Below, in pieces: positions 54,870 through 63,778 of a stretch of 64,000 bases of DNA. The DNA is from a virus. The first letter of the stretch is position 1, and each line of letters begins with the position of its first letter. The notes below the pieces were generated by a model that had not been told where the DNA came from, searched no databases, and worked only from the letters and a program-made list of their open reading frames with translations. A program made the translations under genes and the position numbers. The DNA is taken from positions 7,293 to 71,292 of the IMG/VR virus record IMGVR_UViG_3300028025_002828; one strand, 5' to 3'.

Positions 54870-55111
54870 GAGGGACAATGCGTAGAGGATAGGGAATAGA
54901 GCAAAAAACTAATACTTAAAAGTATTGGCTTTGGTCTTGAAAACCAACTCCTGACAAATTCGTCCAACCTTGTTGTTGCTCCACGATACACTAGACTGTT
55001 ATAGTCGCTGCTTATTGCTTCGTGTTGTATAACTCTTGTGGGCTGTCCATTGCATATTGCACACTGCAAATTGCTTTGCGACTATTCGCTTGAATTGAAA
55101 CATTGTTCCTC
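54870..55111 (+). ncRNA. candidate structured RNA with heptamer repeats
   Basis: closing stem GAGGGACAATG/CATTGTTCCTC; CATTGCA-TATTGCA-CACTGCA-AATTGCT. Confidence 0.5.
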
Positions 55112-55120
55112 ACCCTGTTA

Positions 55121-55197
55121 GCCCCGATGACGGAATTGGTATACGTGTTGGTCTTAGAAGCCAAATTTTGAGAGTTCGAGTCTCTCTTGGGGCACCA
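55121..55197 (+). tRNA. tRNA-Leu(UAG), short variable loop
   Basis: loop CTTAGAA. Confidence 0.85.
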
Positions 55198-55204
55198 ATT
55201 TTAT

Positions 55205-55280
55205 TCCGCAGTAGCTCAGTCGGTAGAGTAGATGACTGTTAATCATTTGGTCGGTGGTTCGAGCCCACCCTGTGGAGCCA
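55205..55280 (+). tRNA. tRNA-Asn(GUU)
   Basis: loop CTGTTAA. Confidence 0.92.
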
Positions 55281-55288
55281 ATTTTAAT

Positions 55289-55367
55289 CCGAGTGTAGGA
55301 TAGTCTGGTTCATTCCGCTTGCTTTGGGAGCAAGATGTCGCAGGTTCGAATCCTGCCACTCGGACCA
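55289..55367 (+). tRNA. tRNA-Pro(UGG)
   Basis: loop TTTGGGA. Confidence 0.9.
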
Positions 55368-55382
55368 TGCAATTTAATAAAC

Positions 55383-55411
55383 TTTACAATTTAGTTTTAG
55401 AAGAATATAAT
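55383..55411 (+). promoter_or_regulatory. internal sigma70 promoter
   Basis: TTTACA-17-TATAAT. Confidence 0.65.
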
Positions 55412-55420
55412 AGAATTATC

Positions 55421-55494
55421 GCAGGATTAGTTTAATGGTAAAATGTCTTCCTTCCAAGTAGATGTCATCAGTTCGATTCTGATATCCTGCTCCA
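55421..55494 (+). tRNA. tRNA-Gly(UCC)
   Basis: loop CTTCCAA, U73. Confidence 0.9.
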
Positions 55495-55501
55495 TTAACA
55501 T

Positions 55502-55576
55502 ACGGCATTCGTTCAACGGATAGGACATGGTTCTTCTAAAGCCAGAATGGTGGTTCGATTCCTCCATGCCGTACCA
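55502..55576 (+). tRNA. tRNA-Arg(UCU)
   Basis: loop CTTCTAA. Confidence 0.9.
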
Positions 55577-55615
55577 GCCTAAATAGTATATGGACAATAA
55601 TCTAAGGAACTAAAC

Positions 55616-56230
55616 GTGATAAACTTACAACATAAAATTTCAAATCCCTTCTCTAAATATTATTCATGGGATAAGATGCCAGACAAATATTCGTCTGAGG
55701 GTTTAATCAGAAAGCAATTATCCGAAGAGTTGTTGGGTTGGTTAGAAAACATGGATTTATACATCGCAGAAGCCAGAGCGGTGAACTTATTTCCGTCAAC
55801 AACAGTACCAATTTTAGTACAAGCTGATTTTTGCACTATCGGATCCTCTGCCAAATTGGTAATTATTTGCCCAGAAGATGCGACGATACTATACAACAAG
55901 TATGTTATCAAAGATGGAATAGAAGTTTCAGTTGACAACTATGAATCGTTGTTATCTAATCCTGGCGACATCGAAGAAACAAAATTTAAAACGATACCAC
56001 ATGGCTGGAATATTTCACCCGATGCAGTGACACACGATAGTTCTACAGAACTTGTGGCAGGTGATACATATTTACTTGAAACAGGCACACCCCACTCAAT
56101 AACATGTAGAGATAATTGTAGAACAAGGTATATTGAATTGTCTATCTACAATCGCAATACTTTCGTTCCCGATGTATACGGTATCTCATATAATGCAGCG
56201 AAAGATCTGCTATGTACGCCCAAGACCTAA
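55616..56230 (+). CDS. cupin/2OG-oxygenase-like protein with degenerate metal site
   Basis: GTPHSI..R; HxD replaced by LVQAD; first of five paralogs. Confidence 0.55.
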   Translation: MINLQHKISNPFSKYYSWDKMPDKYSSEGLIRKQLSEELLGWLENMDLYIAEARAVNLFPSTTVPILVQADFCTIGSSAKLVIICPEDATILYNKYVIKDGIEVSVDNYESLLSNPGDIEETKFKTIPHGWNISPDAVTHDSSTELVAGDTYLLETGTPHSITCRDNCRTRYIELSIYNRNTFVPDVYGISYNAAKDLLCTPKT

Positions 56231-56832
56231 CATTACCATGGGACTATCCCTTAGCATCAAAAGAATTATTTGATGCCTTACCACGACCAGACATCTCTAT
56301 TCGCGAAACATGGCATAGAGTTGATTTACCAGCGTCAGATCTAAATCAAGAATTAGTTAATTGGTTATTCGATAGGGGACTTACTGTCCCCTATTTTGAT
56401 ATTTTTATACAACCACCAAAATGGACAATGCATATACACATTGATCAACATGATGTGTATGACAATGCTGCAAAATTAAATTTTTCTTATTGTGATTCTG
56501 AAGGTTACAATAAAATGCGTTGGTATGAAGCTGAAGATCACACCTCAGAGATAAAAGGTAATGCTGGAGGATTTTATAGAAACTGGGAACCACATCATGC
56601 TTCTATGGTTTACGAGCACACTATAAAAACACCAACTCTCGTAAATGTGGGCAAACCACACAACGTGCATAATTCAACAGATTCGCCAAGGATATGTATA
56701 TCATTGCCATTGATTAAAACAAAAGACATACCAGAACATATAGATGATACCACTCGAGTAGATTGTTTACAGTGGGATGATGCTATGGAAATTTTCAAGG
56801 ATTGTATATGTCAAAATACTATTTCCACTTAA
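56212..56832 (+). CDS. cupin/2OG-Fe(II) oxygenase-like protein
   Basis: IHID, KLNF, PTLVNVGKPHNV, PRICIS. Confidence 0.75.
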   Translation: MYAQDLTLPWDYPLASKELFDALPRPDISIRETWHRVDLPASDLNQELVNWLFDRGLTVPYFDIFIQPPKWTMHIHIDQHDVYDNAAKLNFSYCDSEGYNKMRWYEAEDHTSEIKGNAGGFYRNWEPHHASMVYEHTIKTPTLVNVGKPHNVHNSTDSPRICISLPLIKTKDIPEHIDDTTRVDCLQWDDAMEIFKDCICQNTIST

Positions 56833-57395
56833 AAAATGTGCCAGTGAAACACCCTCTATCCGAGGAGGGACAGATATGGTTTGATGCTTTATCAGATTAT
56901 TGTCATGTGGTTGTGCCGAATGGATATTTTTCTGATGAATTGCTCAAATGGGTAGACTCAGTTGGGTTAGAGGTGAGAGGTGGTGAAGTATTCGGTATGC
57001 CAGCAAACTATGTCATGGGTGTACATGTTGATGGTGAATATTTCCAAGAAAAATGTAAACTCAACTGGGCATATTGCGATGGTGAACACTATAATACATG
57101 GTACACACCAAATAGTAACTGGAAAAAAACATCACTCGCTGAAGTGCAATCTGATGGTGTGTTAGATGATTATAGTTATGTTTTCGAACAAGATGAAATA
57201 GATGAAGTGGATAGATGCACTTTACATAATCCATCAGCAGTTAATTCTGGCCAACCACATGGCGTAATAACAACTACCCATCCACGTAAAAGTGTTGCTG
57301 TTACTGTATTTAAAAAGGGACACATACCGATACAAAAAGATTGGGGTATACAGTACGATGAGTTGAAAGAAATGTTAAATGAGTATTTACTGTAA
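56808..57395 (+). CDS. cupin/2OG-Fe(II) oxygenase-like protein
   Basis: VHVDG, KLNWAY, GQPHGV, PRKSV. Confidence 0.75.
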   Translation: MSKYYFHLKNVPVKHPLSEEGQIWFDALSDYCHVVVPNGYFSDELLKWVDSVGLEVRGGEVFGMPANYVMGVHVDGEYFQEKCKLNWAYCDGEHYNTWYTPNSNWKKTSLAEVQSDGVLDDYSYVFEQDEIDEVDRCTLHNPSAVNSGQPHGVITTTHPRKSVAVTVFKKGHIPIQKDWGIQYDELKEMLNEYLL

Positions 57396-57954
57396 TCACT
57401 TAGACATAAGTTTCAATCCATTAAAAGATATGTCATATATCAAGCGTTGGCCAACTGACGTATATGGAATGTATAGCATTGATAGATCAGAAGCAAGCGA
57501 TGAGATGGTTGAACTATTGAAAAAGAATAAAGTTGTTCGTTTTTCTATAGAAGCATTTTGTTGTCCTGCCAACTATAAACTGGCAGTGCACTGTGATGAT
57601 GATTACTTTGGTAAATATTCAAAGGTTAATTTTGTGTATAGCGAAGATCCAAATCACACAATGGACTGGTATGAACCAAACGAAAAATGGGTAGAAGAAG
57701 AACGAAAACAATATACACTTTATGAAAATAAAGATGACCCCAATGATCAAGATCTTGAGAGTTCACCCCATTATTGGTTTAACGATGATGAACTGACTTT
57801 AGTGCATCAAGAAACAATTAGAGTTGCTCAAATAAATGCTGGGTTACCACATGGAGTGACAACTGGCACAACGAATAGAATTTGTATATCTTTCATACTC
57901 GAAATGGCAGATGGAAATATGATGGACATTGATAATGTATTTCAAACATCTTAA
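57379..57954 (+). CDS. cupin/2OG-Fe(II) oxygenase-like protein
   Basis: VHCDD, KVNFVY, GLPHGV, NRICIS. Confidence 0.75.
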   Translation: MSIYCNHLDISFNPLKDMSYIKRWPTDVYGMYSIDRSEASDEMVELLKKNKVVRFSIEAFCCPANYKLAVHCDDDYFGKYSKVNFVYSEDPNHTMDWYEPNEKWVEEERKQYTLYENKDDPNDQDLESSPHYWFNDDELTLVHQETIRVAQINAGLPHGVTTGTTNRICISFILEMADGNMMDIDNVFQTS

Positions 57955-58501
57955 ACTTGACATACCACCAATCTTAGATCTGTCTGTCATGAGTCAGTTG
58001 CCAGACAAGGGACACATAGTAATCAACACCAGCTATATAAACAAAGATCTAATACATTTTATGTACGATCGTGGCATAAACATTAAAAATGTAGATGTGT
58101 TTTGCTCACCACCTGGATTTGAGTTGGGTATTCATGTTGATGGTATAAAGTTAGATGGGTGCGTAGCTATCAATTGGGCATACTGTGATGAAGCAGGTGC
58201 CATGATGCAGTGGTGGAAACCCAAAAGCGATGTTAAAAAAGTTGTAGATCCCATCAAACAAGAAGATGCGTATAAGATTGCCACGACACCATACGCACTC
58301 GGATGGGGAAAAGATGAAGTTGATTTTATAACAGAAGTTGAAGTTAGACAACCAACGCTAGTTAACATTGGTGTGCCACACGGCATGATAAATAACACTA
58401 ACAGCTACAGGAAGGCATTGTCTATAACATGGAAGTATAATGGTGAAGATCTTCAATGGGACGATGCTATGAGATTATTGAATGATATTATAGAGGAGTA
58501 A
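57935..58501 (+). CDS. cupin/2OG-Fe(II) oxygenase-like protein
   Basis: IHVDG, AINWAY, PTLVNIGVPHGM, YRKALS. Confidence 0.75.
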   Translation: MYFKHLKLDIPPILDLSVMSQLPDKGHIVINTSYINKDLIHFMYDRGINIKNVDVFCSPPGFELGIHVDGIKLDGCVAINWAYCDEAGAMMQWWKPKSDVKKVVDPIKQEDAYKIATTPYALGWGKDEVDFITEVEVRQPTLVNIGVPHGMINNTNSYRKALSITWKYNGEDLQWDDAMRLLNDIIEE

Positions 58502-58504
58502 ATT

Positions 58505-59689
58505 ATGGACAATGCGTATGTCGTTGGCTATGGTATGATTGATGTTTTGGGAAATAATCCCAAAGATTGTTTTATGCGCATGCTAGATAATAATGATTAT
58601 AGCACCGTATTGCCACATATGGTCGAAGAGAATCATAAAATACAGAATGGATATGTGGTTGATGAATCCTTGCTAACACTACCCGAAAACTGGGAAAGTA
58701 AGGGAACTACTAAACTACAACGAATGGCAATGCACGCTACGAATCAAGCATTGCTTCACGCTCAACTGCCACACTCATCTAATGTGGCAGTTTTGTTTTC
58801 GACTTGCTCCAATGACACTGAAACATTGGAAGATTCATTTCCAAAGTTGCTGGCCAACAAACGAATAAACCCAAGAGTAATTGTAAATCGTATACCAGAT
58901 ATGGCATGTGCCCACATCAGCAGCCACTGGCAGTTTATGGGATTAAGCACATCGCTGTTTGCTAGTTGCGCAACAGGCATATTGACCATAGACTATGCCA
59001 TGCGCATGCTCGATGAATATGATTATGTCGTTTGCGGTGCAGGTGACGCAGGAACATTTAGAGTGGCACTTAAATACTTCAATGGTATAGGTGCGCTGGG
59101 AAATAAGAATATGCCCTTTGATGATGCACGTGAGGGATTTGTCATGGGTGATGGCGCAGGTGTGTTAATCCTAGCATCACGAAAGAGTGTTGAGAAATAT
59201 GGTTCAAAGGTTCATGCTACGTTATATCCTGCTGGTATCGCAAGTGATGCGTTTGATCAAACATCACCAGCACAGGATGGACGTGGTGCCACGCTGGCAT
59301 TGAACAAAGCCATGGAGCAACTGGGCTTCGACAAAAGAATTGATGCTATCTCTGCTCATGCCACAAGTACACCTGCAGGGGACATCGTTGAGTATAATGT
59401 GTTGACCAAGCACGTGATGGGTGTTCCGATTTATGCACCCAAGTCAAAGATAGGACACACGCTGGCAGGTGCAGGTATACTTGAAACAATCTATGCTATT
59501 GAGTCAATGAAGACTGGTCTTATTCCGCACATACAAAACAGTGGTAACACCAGCATGGATGTCAGCAAAAGTTTAGTAAAATCAAATACGCTTTACAAAA
59601 ATAAACCAACCCTGCGCACACTGAACAACAGCTTCGGTTTCGGTGGTAAATGCGCAAGCCAAATAGTGGAGGTAAAATATGGCAACTAA
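58505..59689 (+). CDS. beta-ketoacyl-ACP synthase (FabF/FabB-like)
   Basis: ASCATG (Cys), AHATSTPAGD (His), KSKIGHTLAGAG (His), NNSFGFGG. Confidence 0.9.
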   Translation: MDNAYVVGYGMIDVLGNNPKDCFMRMLDNNDYSTVLPHMVEENHKIQNGYVVDESLLTLPENWESKGTTKLQRMAMHATNQALLHAQLPHSSNVAVLFSTCSNDTETLEDSFPKLLANKRINPRVIVNRIPDMACAHISSHWQFMGLSTSLFASCATGILTIDYAMRMLDEYDYVVCGAGDAGTFRVALKYFNGIGALGNKNMPFDDAREGFVMGDGAGVLILASRKSVEKYGSKVHATLYPAGIASDAFDQTSPAQDGRGATLALNKAMEQLGFDKRIDAISAHATSTPAGDIVEYNVLTKHVMGVPIYAPKSKIGHTLAGAGILETIYAIESMKTGLIPHIQNSGNTSMDVSKSLVKSNTLYKNKPTLRTLNNSFGFGGKCASQIVEVKYGN

Positions 59690-59936
59690 GAATGACATAA
59701 CAGGTGATGAAATCAAGTCAAAGGCAAATAGCAATGCATATGGAAGTAACTACGATAAGATCTTCAGAACCAAAAGAGAGATCGAAGATGACAAAGCATG
59801 GGATGAAGCATTTAATCGTGTAGAAGAACAGATGAAAAGAACATCACTTGCCGACCAAGCAGAATATGAAGAAGCATCTTTACAAGAAGCAGAAGAATTC
59901 GCCAAGAACAGACAATATCGATACACAGGAGAATGA
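59679..59936 (+). CDS. hypothetical protein
   Basis: SD GGAGG; NDITGD..Y..NYDKIF. Confidence 0.6.
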   Translation: MATKNDITGDEIKSKANSNAYGSNYDKIFRTKREIEDDKAWDEAFNRVEEQMKRTSLADQAEYEEASLQEAEEFAKNRQYRYTGE

Positions 59937-60166
59937 CAATGGAAAATGAAAACAAACCAGAACAAGAAGAACTTGTTGAGATGACACTCGGTGAGATGAG
60001 TCCATTGAAACTTGCCATGGAACTTAAGAAAGCCAAGAAGAAAGCACGTAAGAAGTTGGAATCTGAGGGTTTCCCAAAGGCAGCAGCATCCAAACTTGTG
60101 AAGACCGCACTCAAGCGTATCGTTTCCAACAAACCAGTGCGTAAAGCATCAGGTCGTGGAAGATAG
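59933..60166 (+). CDS. small basic protein
   Basis: SD AGGAG, Lys-rich. Confidence 0.6.
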   Translation: MTMENENKPEQEELVEMTLGEMSPLKLAMELKKAKKKARKKLESEGFPKAAASKLVKTALKRIVSNKPVRKASGRGR

Positions 60167-60167
60167 G

Positions 60168-60196
60168 TTTACACAAATTCACTAATCAAGTATAAT
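60168..60196 (+). promoter_or_regulatory. sigma70 promoter
   Basis: TTTACA-17-TATAAT. Confidence 0.65.
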
Positions 60197-60344
60197 CAAC
60201 TATAAAGAGGTATAAAGATGTACAAGGTAAATTTTCGTGAGCAGTTGACCAGTGCTCACTTGTATAAAATCTTCAAAAATGTAAGCGTAGCCGAATCTTT
60301 TATACAGACACTGGGTGCCCACTTCATTTCAATGGAGATTTTAG

Positions 60345-60542
60345 ATGAACAAGACATGCAATTATCAGCTGATTAAGTTTCGCGATGCTGGTATGAACTC
60401 GTATACGTATTTTTGGACAAACGAAAAGAAAACAGTGAGTCCATATTTTGATAGCGAACAAGATGCACACGCATGGTTAAAGAATGAGCCAGCATGTGAT
60501 GTGGTACAACCAAAAACCCGATGGGTAACAGACTGCGAATAA
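60345..60542 (+). CDS. hypothetical protein
   Basis: SD GGAG. Confidence 0.5.
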   Translation: MNKTCNYQLIKFRDAGMNSYTYFWTNEKKTVSPYFDSEQDAHAWLKNEPACDVVQPKTRWVTDCE

Positions 60543-60726
60543 GCACATGACACTGAGAGATCTATTATTCGAGCGTATCCTTTTCCTTGTAGATGAGGAT
60601 GATTTAAGAGAAAAATACGAACTCACTGAGGAAGGTGTCGCCGATCTTTCAGATCTAGATTTGTTGGAATTGTTTGAGGATGTACATGGACTCAATGGTA
60701 GTTTATACGAATAAGGTGAGGGGGTA

Positions 60727-60939
60727 ATGAAATTATATGAAGTATCTTATCTAAACAATGACAATGTGGAAGTCACAGAAGTCTATACCGAAGCCGAGAT
60801 TATCCAAGAATATTGGAAGTATTGGTACGGTAAGATGGTTGAAAAGTTCGGCGAAGGTCATGAGGACATCACCATTGAAAACTGTATAGATGACTGGGTA
60901 GTGGTCAACTGGGCAGTGGATGTATCCATTCCAATTTAA
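60727..60939 (+). CDS. hypothetical protein
   Basis: CIDDWVVVNWA motif. Confidence 0.55.
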   Translation: MKLYEVSYLNNDNVEVTEVYTEAEIIQEYWKYWYGKMVEKFGEGHEDITIENCIDDWVVVNWAVDVSIPI

Positions 60940-60948
60940 AGGAAGCAA

Positions 60949-61146
60949 ATGAAACAACATTTTCATCGTGAAGACATAGAGAAAATCCAAGCAGTTCTGA
61001 ATAAATTCCCACACGTGGCGAGTTTCGAACTAGAAATAATCAATGAATCAGGCATCGGCACCATTGGATATATGATACTTCCAACAACGGTAAATGACCT
61101 ACAAGGTGAGTTTAGGATTGAAATTTGGGGAAGTGAGAACTGGTAA
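60949..61146 (+). CDS. hypothetical protein
   Basis: SD AAGGA. Confidence 0.55.
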   Translation: MKQHFHREDIEKIQAVLNKFPHVASFELEIINESGIGTIGYMILPTTVNDLQGEFRIEIWGSENW

Positions 61147-61394
61147 TGGCATCACTTGAAAAATACTTTGCCGAACGGGATAAGAATAAACCAGCACCGA
61201 GATGGGTCTATGGTGATCGAATCACAGGTAAGATTGGTAAGATTCCAGTAATGGGCATGGTGATTCGTGAAAACTACGATGAGCCAGATATGGTTCTTGT
61301 TCATCTGGATCTGCCAGTGAAGCAAGAGGGTGAATATAGATGGGTAATGAATATACCTGCCAAGGGTATGAAACGATTGAAGGAAAGTGAATGA
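61146..61394 (+). CDS. hypothetical protein
   Basis: coupled ORF. Confidence 0.55.
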   Translation: MASLEKYFAERDKNKPAPRWVYGDRITGKIGKIPVMGMVIRENYDEPDMVLVHLDLPVKQEGEYRWVMNIPAKGMKRLKESE

Positions 61395-61732
61395 GTTTAG
61401 ATGTAGATTTAATAGTGACGCAACCGACCAGTGTGTTCTCTCGTAACATTACGCATAATCTAAACACCATGGCCATGGTAGTTGAGTTGTCCAATGGTAA
61501 GACACTGTATGATGTGATGTGGCGTCCCGATGAGCATGGATTCAAGTATGCCCAAGATATAGCAGAATTGCTTGACGAGGGCTGGAACATTCTACTCTCA
61601 GATCCAACAAAGTTTAAGATGTTCAATCCATCCAATGGCTGGGGTAGCTATGAAGGTCTATGTGACTTTGTCTATAATTACCGTAATGCATGCTGGGAGA
61701 ATCCAGAGGCAGAATTAAGAGTGTCACGATGA
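61391..61732 (+). CDS. conserved phage hypothetical protein
   Basis: NITHNL..MA, NPSNGWGSY. Confidence 0.65.
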   Translation: MSLDVDLIVTQPTSVFSRNITHNLNTMAMVVELSNGKTLYDVMWRPDEHGFKYAQDIAELLDEGWNILLSDPTKFKMFNPSNGWGSYEGLCDFVYNYRNACWENPEAELRVSR

Positions 61733-61891
61733 AAGTAAATGACCACTACAGGTCACAGGACCGAACATATAGCGTAGTTGAAGTATGGGTTGAAGAGGGG
61801 CATGAATGGGTTCGCTATAAGGATATTCACACGAAGTATGAATACACATGTTATAGGGAAGCGTTTGAAGCAAGATTCTCAAGGACAGTCA

Positions 61892-62113
61892 ATGAATAAG
61901 ATAGAAGCAAGGATGCGTGAGTTGATGGAGCCAATCAATAGGCAAATAATGATGTGTGACAATAGGGAAGATCTACTAATGTTATCGTGTGCCATGATGA
62001 CTACCGTGAAGGATATCTTTGATCAAGAGCTGACTGAAGAGGGACGAAGGAAGATGTTCGCTCAATATGCTCATGGTGGTGAACGCTGGTGGGGTAGTGA
62101 TCGCGAGTGGTGA
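61892..62113 (+). CDS. hypothetical protein, paralog of 20439..20735
   Basis: LMEPINRQIMMCDNREDLLMLSCAMM. Confidence 0.6.
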   Translation: MNKIEARMRELMEPINRQIMMCDNREDLLMLSCAMMTTVKDIFDQELTEEGRRKMFAQYAHGGERWWGSDREW

Positions 62114-62137
62114 AAATGTTGGATATGTATTTATAGC

Positions 62138-62425
62138 ATGCCAGGAATCTACAAAAAGAAGCAGTGTCCCACATGTGGCACGGAACACAGGAAGAAAGGC
62201 GCATACTGCTCTCGCTCATGCGGAAACCATCGCACATTTGATGACGCAGCGAAGGTAAAACTCAGTCTGGCTCAACAAAATTTCCTTCAATCAGAGGCAG
62301 GTGAGGAACAAAAGTATCGCCTACAGCAGATGGCTAAGAAACGTGAGTTGGACTGGCATATTACACCCCCAGTGGACCGAGGTGGCGAGGTTCTAGATGG
62401 TGATTTTTGGGTCGAAGGGGACTAA
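62138..62425 (+). CDS. zinc-finger protein
   Basis: CPTCG...YCSRSC. Confidence 0.6.
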   Translation: MPGIYKKKQCPTCGTEHRKKGAYCSRSCGNHRTFDDAAKVKLSLAQQNFLQSEAGEEQKYRLQQMAKKRELDWHITPPVDRGGEVLDGDFWVEGD

Positions 62426-62488
62426 AATCCTTTAAAACCAAGGACTTACATTACTTTCTCGGATTCTAGACCCTGTGGAGACCCAAAA

Positions 62489-62553
62489 AACCCTACTTTG
62501 CGTAGGGTTTTTCACAAATAATGCTTTACTTTAATTCACATCCAAGGTATACT
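62489..62553 (+). promoter_or_regulatory. sigma70 promoter with upstream palindrome
   Basis: AACCCTAC-TTTGC-GTAGGGTT, TTTACT(62525)-17-TATACT. Confidence 0.8.
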
Positions 62554-62592
62554 TATGTTATTGTGATAGAAAATGTGAAAAAGGAAAAAATT

Positions 62593-63528
62593 ATGTCTAA
62601 AATCGCCGTAAAAGTTAAGACCGATAAGCGCTCTAACAAATCTGAGATCTCCTTCGGTGACAAAATCGTTAAGACTGGCAAGACTGGTCGCGAACTCGAG
62701 ATGGTTGTTGAGTACCACTATAAAAAGCTGACTGGCGAGAAGGTTTCCTATGACATGATCATGGGTTCTGGTGTTTCTACTGAATCTAAGAACGATAAAT
62801 TCTCTATCAACCAGCGCTTTGACTTCGTTGAGAAGTTGGTCGCGATGGTTGCTTCTGGCGTACAACCCTCTGCCGTGATTACTGGCGAAGGTGGCTTGGG
62901 TAAGACCTATACTGTGACCAAGACTTTAGAAAAAGCTGGTTACAAGGATATCAGCGACTTGGCTGACTTTCAAGTGGGCTCCATTGTTAACATGCGTAAG
63001 TGCTTTACCTTTGTTAAGGGTTATAGCACTGCCAAGGGTTTGTACCGCACGCTGTTTGAAAACAACAAGGGCATTATTGTGTTTGATGACTGTGATTCAG
63101 TTCTCAAGGACGAAGTTGCCAAGAACTTGTTGAAAGGTGCCCTTGATTCTTATGGTAAGCGTATCATTTCTTGGAACGCTGACATGCGTGAAGATGACCT
63201 GCCACGTAGCTTTGAGTTCACTGGTCGTGTTATCTTTATTTCTAACCTCGACGAAGGCAAAATCGACCAAGCCATCCGCTCACGTTCTATGATGATTGAC
63301 CTCAGCATGAACACTGACCAGAAGATTGAGCGCATGGAAACTATCGCTTTGACTGAAGAGTTTCTGCCTGAGTACTCTAAGGAAATCATCGCTGATGCCT
63401 TGGGTCTGATTCGTGAAATCAAGGAAGAAGTAAAAGAGATCTCTTTGCGTACTCTTATCTCTGTGTCTAAGGTTCGTGCCAGCAACGACCAGTGGAAAGA
63501 CCTTGCTACATACATGTTGACTGCTTAA
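62593..63528 (+). CDS. AAA+ ATPase
   Basis: GEGGLGKT, IIVFDDCD, VIFISN, AIRSRS. Confidence 0.85.
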   Translation: MSKIAVKVKTDKRSNKSEISFGDKIVKTGKTGRELEMVVEYHYKKLTGEKVSYDMIMGSGVSTESKNDKFSINQRFDFVEKLVAMVASGVQPSAVITGEGGLGKTYTVTKTLEKAGYKDISDLADFQVGSIVNMRKCFTFVKGYSTAKGLYRTLFENNKGIIVFDDCDSVLKDEVAKNLLKGALDSYGKRIISWNADMREDDLPRSFEFTGRVIFISNLDEGKIDQAIRSRSMMIDLSMNTDQKIERMETIALTEEFLPEYSKEIIADALGLIREIKEEVKEISLRTLISVSKVRASNDQWKDLATYMLTA

Positions 63529-63540
63529 TAGGAGAAGAAA

Positions 63541-63747
63541 ATGATTGAAGTAAAAGTGAATGGCGTATCCTTCTATACATCTAAGCGTGCTCTGCGTGAG
63601 CGTCGTGTTGGAAGTGATAGTAACCTCAACGTGGCATTGAGCCAGATGTATGAGAACATGTTTAATGCGGTGGGCATCCATAGCACCATAACCTTATATG
63701 ATAGCAAGATGCGTAGACATACCTATGACATATCCATACGTAAATAA
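63541..63747 (+). CDS. hypothetical protein
   Basis: SD AGGAG. Confidence 0.55.
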   Translation: MIEVKVNGVSFYTSKRALRERRVGSDSNLNVALSQMYENMFNAVGIHSTITLYDSKMRRHTYDISIRK

Positions 63748-63749
63748 AT

Positions 63750-63778
63750 TTGCTTCCAAAGTTGACGAAGCGTATAAT
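63750..63778 (+). promoter_or_regulatory. sigma70 promoter
   Basis: TTGCTT-17-TATAAT. Confidence 0.65.

Noticed and set aside
638-63681. Minus-strand ORFs in the six-frame track
   Set aside because: They are shadows of + strand genes, with no recognisable motifs.
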